Assembly: GCA_050084515.1 (NCBI GenBank)
Contig: CM114271.1
Location: 1,798,001-1,862,000, forward strand
DNA from: Blasia pusilla
Lineage: Eukaryota
DNA: 64,000 bases
Reading direction: 5' to 3'
This document shows, in pieces, positions 62,390-64,000 of the stretch (within the stretch, counting starts at the first letter, position 1; each line of letters opens with the position of its first letter). Both the position numbers and the translations under genes were made by a program. The notes beneath the pieces were generated by a model. It saw nothing but the letters and a program-made list of their open reading frames with translations. It was not told the DNA's origin and ran no database searches.

Positions 62390-63440
62390 CTTAACCCCTT
62401 CATGTTTTCTCCATTCCCTCCTTTATTTTTCCCTCCCCTTCCTTGTTTTTCCTCCGTCTTCAGTATCTTTTTTCCTCTCCTCCCTTCATTTCTCTTCCAT
62501 TCCTAGTTTTTCCTCCCTCTTCTTCAACTTTTTCCCTCTCTCTTCAGTATCCTTTTTCCTCTCCTCCCTTCATTTCTCTTCCATTCCCTCCCCTTCATTT
62601 ATTTTTCCCTCCCCTTCCTTTTTTTGCTCCCTCTTCTTCAATTTTTTTCCTCTCCTCCCTCCATGTTTCCTCCATTCCCTGCTTAATTTTTCTCTCCCCT
62701 TCCTTATTTTTGCTCCCTCTTCTTCAATTTTCTTCCTCTCCTCCCTTCATGTTTCCTGCATTCCCTGCTTTATTTTTCCCTCCCCTTCCTTTTTTTTGCT
62801 CCCTCTTCTTCAACTTTTTTCCTCTCCTCCCTTCATTTCTCTTCCATTCCTAGTATTTCCTCCCTCTTCTTAACCCCTTCATGTATTCTCCCCCCCCCGG
62901 TCTCCTTCATTTCTTTCCCTCTCCTTCCTCAATTTTCTCCTCCCTCCCCACCTTAGTTTTTCCACCCTCTTTTATTCAATTTTTTTTCCTCTCCTCCATT
63001 CCTTCACTAATGTAAACCCCTTCAACTTTTTCGTCTCCTCCCTTCATGTTTCCTCCCCCCGGCGGCTAATTTCCTCCCTCTCCATCAATTTTTTCCCTCC
63101 CCCCTCTCCTTCATTTCTTTCCCTCTTCTTCCTCAATTTTCTCCTCCCTCCCCACCTTAGTTTTTCCACCCTCTTTTATTCAAATTTTTTTCCTCTCCTC
63201 CATTCCTTCACTAATGTAAACCCCTTCAACTGTTTTCGTCTCCTCCCTTAATGTTTCCTCCCCCCGGCGACTAATTTCCTCCCTCTCCATCAATTTTTGG
63301 AACTCCCCCCTCTCCTTCATTTCTTTCCCTCTCCTTCCTCAATTTTCTCCTCCCTCCCCACCCTAGTTTTTCCACCCTCTTCTCCCTGTTTTTTCCTCTC
63401 TTTTCCTCAATTTTCAGATACCTTCATCCCCTTCCTCTCA
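62390..63440. repeat. About 1-kb polypyrimidine low-complexity tract with internal duplications
   Basis: Predominantly C/T on the plus strand. Blocks near 62900-63100 recur near 63105-63300. Confidence 0.9.
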
Positions 63441-64000
63441 AAATATAGCCGCTGGTACAGAAGTGCGGCTAAGGGAGTTAGGCCAGCCTGCGGCTACGGT
63501 GCGCAGAAGGGAGTCAAGCCCGCCTGCGGCTATTCTCTGGACAGAAGGGAGTGAAGCCTGCCTGCGGCTACGGTGCGGAGAAGGCAGTCAAGCCGGCCTG
63601 CGGCTATAGTGCGTACTAGGGGACGGGCTAGCGTCTAGGTATGTAAATCGACCTTGGATATTGAATAGAAACCTAGAATGCATGTGCGGGAGTGGTGGAC
63701 GGGCATGCAGGGCTAGGACGTGAGGCCAATTTTCAGATTCAACGTTGAGATTTCAAATATTAGGTCAATTTTCAGATTTCACATTTCAGAATTGAGGATG
63801 ATGAAGGTCGAATGTGCTCTTGGGCCGCTTGCGATTGCAGAGCGGAAGCGGCTACTGTGCGGATTGGGGACGAGCTTTTCGGCTGATTGCAAATGCAAAG
63901 GGACGGCTATCCTCTTGGGCGGATTACGATTGTGGAGCTTTGGCGGCTAATGTGTGGATTTCGGACACTAGGGTCTCAAGTGCAGCCCGCGGCAGGTTTG

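Larger units (their letters stand above)
56168..64000 (+). mobile_element. MuDR/MULE DNA transposon; right end probably outside the window
   Basis: Left terminus GGAATTTGCTTAAGTGGCCCC with three TTGCTTRAGTGGCCCC motifs, subterminal repeat arrays, and an internal MURA-like transposase. Confidence 0.75.

Noticed and set aside
62331-62873. 180-aa F/S/P/L-rich ORF resembling a membrane protein
   Set aside because: Artefact of the polypyrimidine tract, which rarely produces stop codons.

Overview
Eukaryotic nuclear DNA from a land plant, most likely a non-seed plant such as a bryophyte (inferred from gene and transposon content; the species is not determinable here). Two intact intron-containing host genes lie on the minus strand: a LEO1/VIP4 Paf1-complex subunit (35955-40831) and ALDH7B4/antiquitin (46032-52094). 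Much of the rest is transposon-derived. The centrepiece is a nested pair of methyltransferase-carrying elements. (1) A decayed Ty3/gypsy-type retroelement (about 10283-32104) whose pol has a DNMT3-like C5-cytosine methyltransferase between protease and RT, and a PHD finger after integrase. (2) A 12.5-kb Mutator-like DNA transposon (12553-25033, 9-bp TSD AGATATGCC) inserted in that element's gag. It encodes a GCM-like/DDE/SWIM transposase and a divergently oriented cargo gene with a ParB/Srx-like domain and a beta-class N4-C/N6-A methyltransferase-like domain. About 30 copies of a 27-bp palindrome fill its introns and intergenic DNA. The termini of the Ty3 family look like split direct repeats rather than paired LTRs. 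Also present: two CRE-like RLE non-LTR fragments, a solo LTR, mini-Helitrons, a MITE-like element, and a second MuDR element running off the right edge. All domain calls were made by motif recognition, not by database search.
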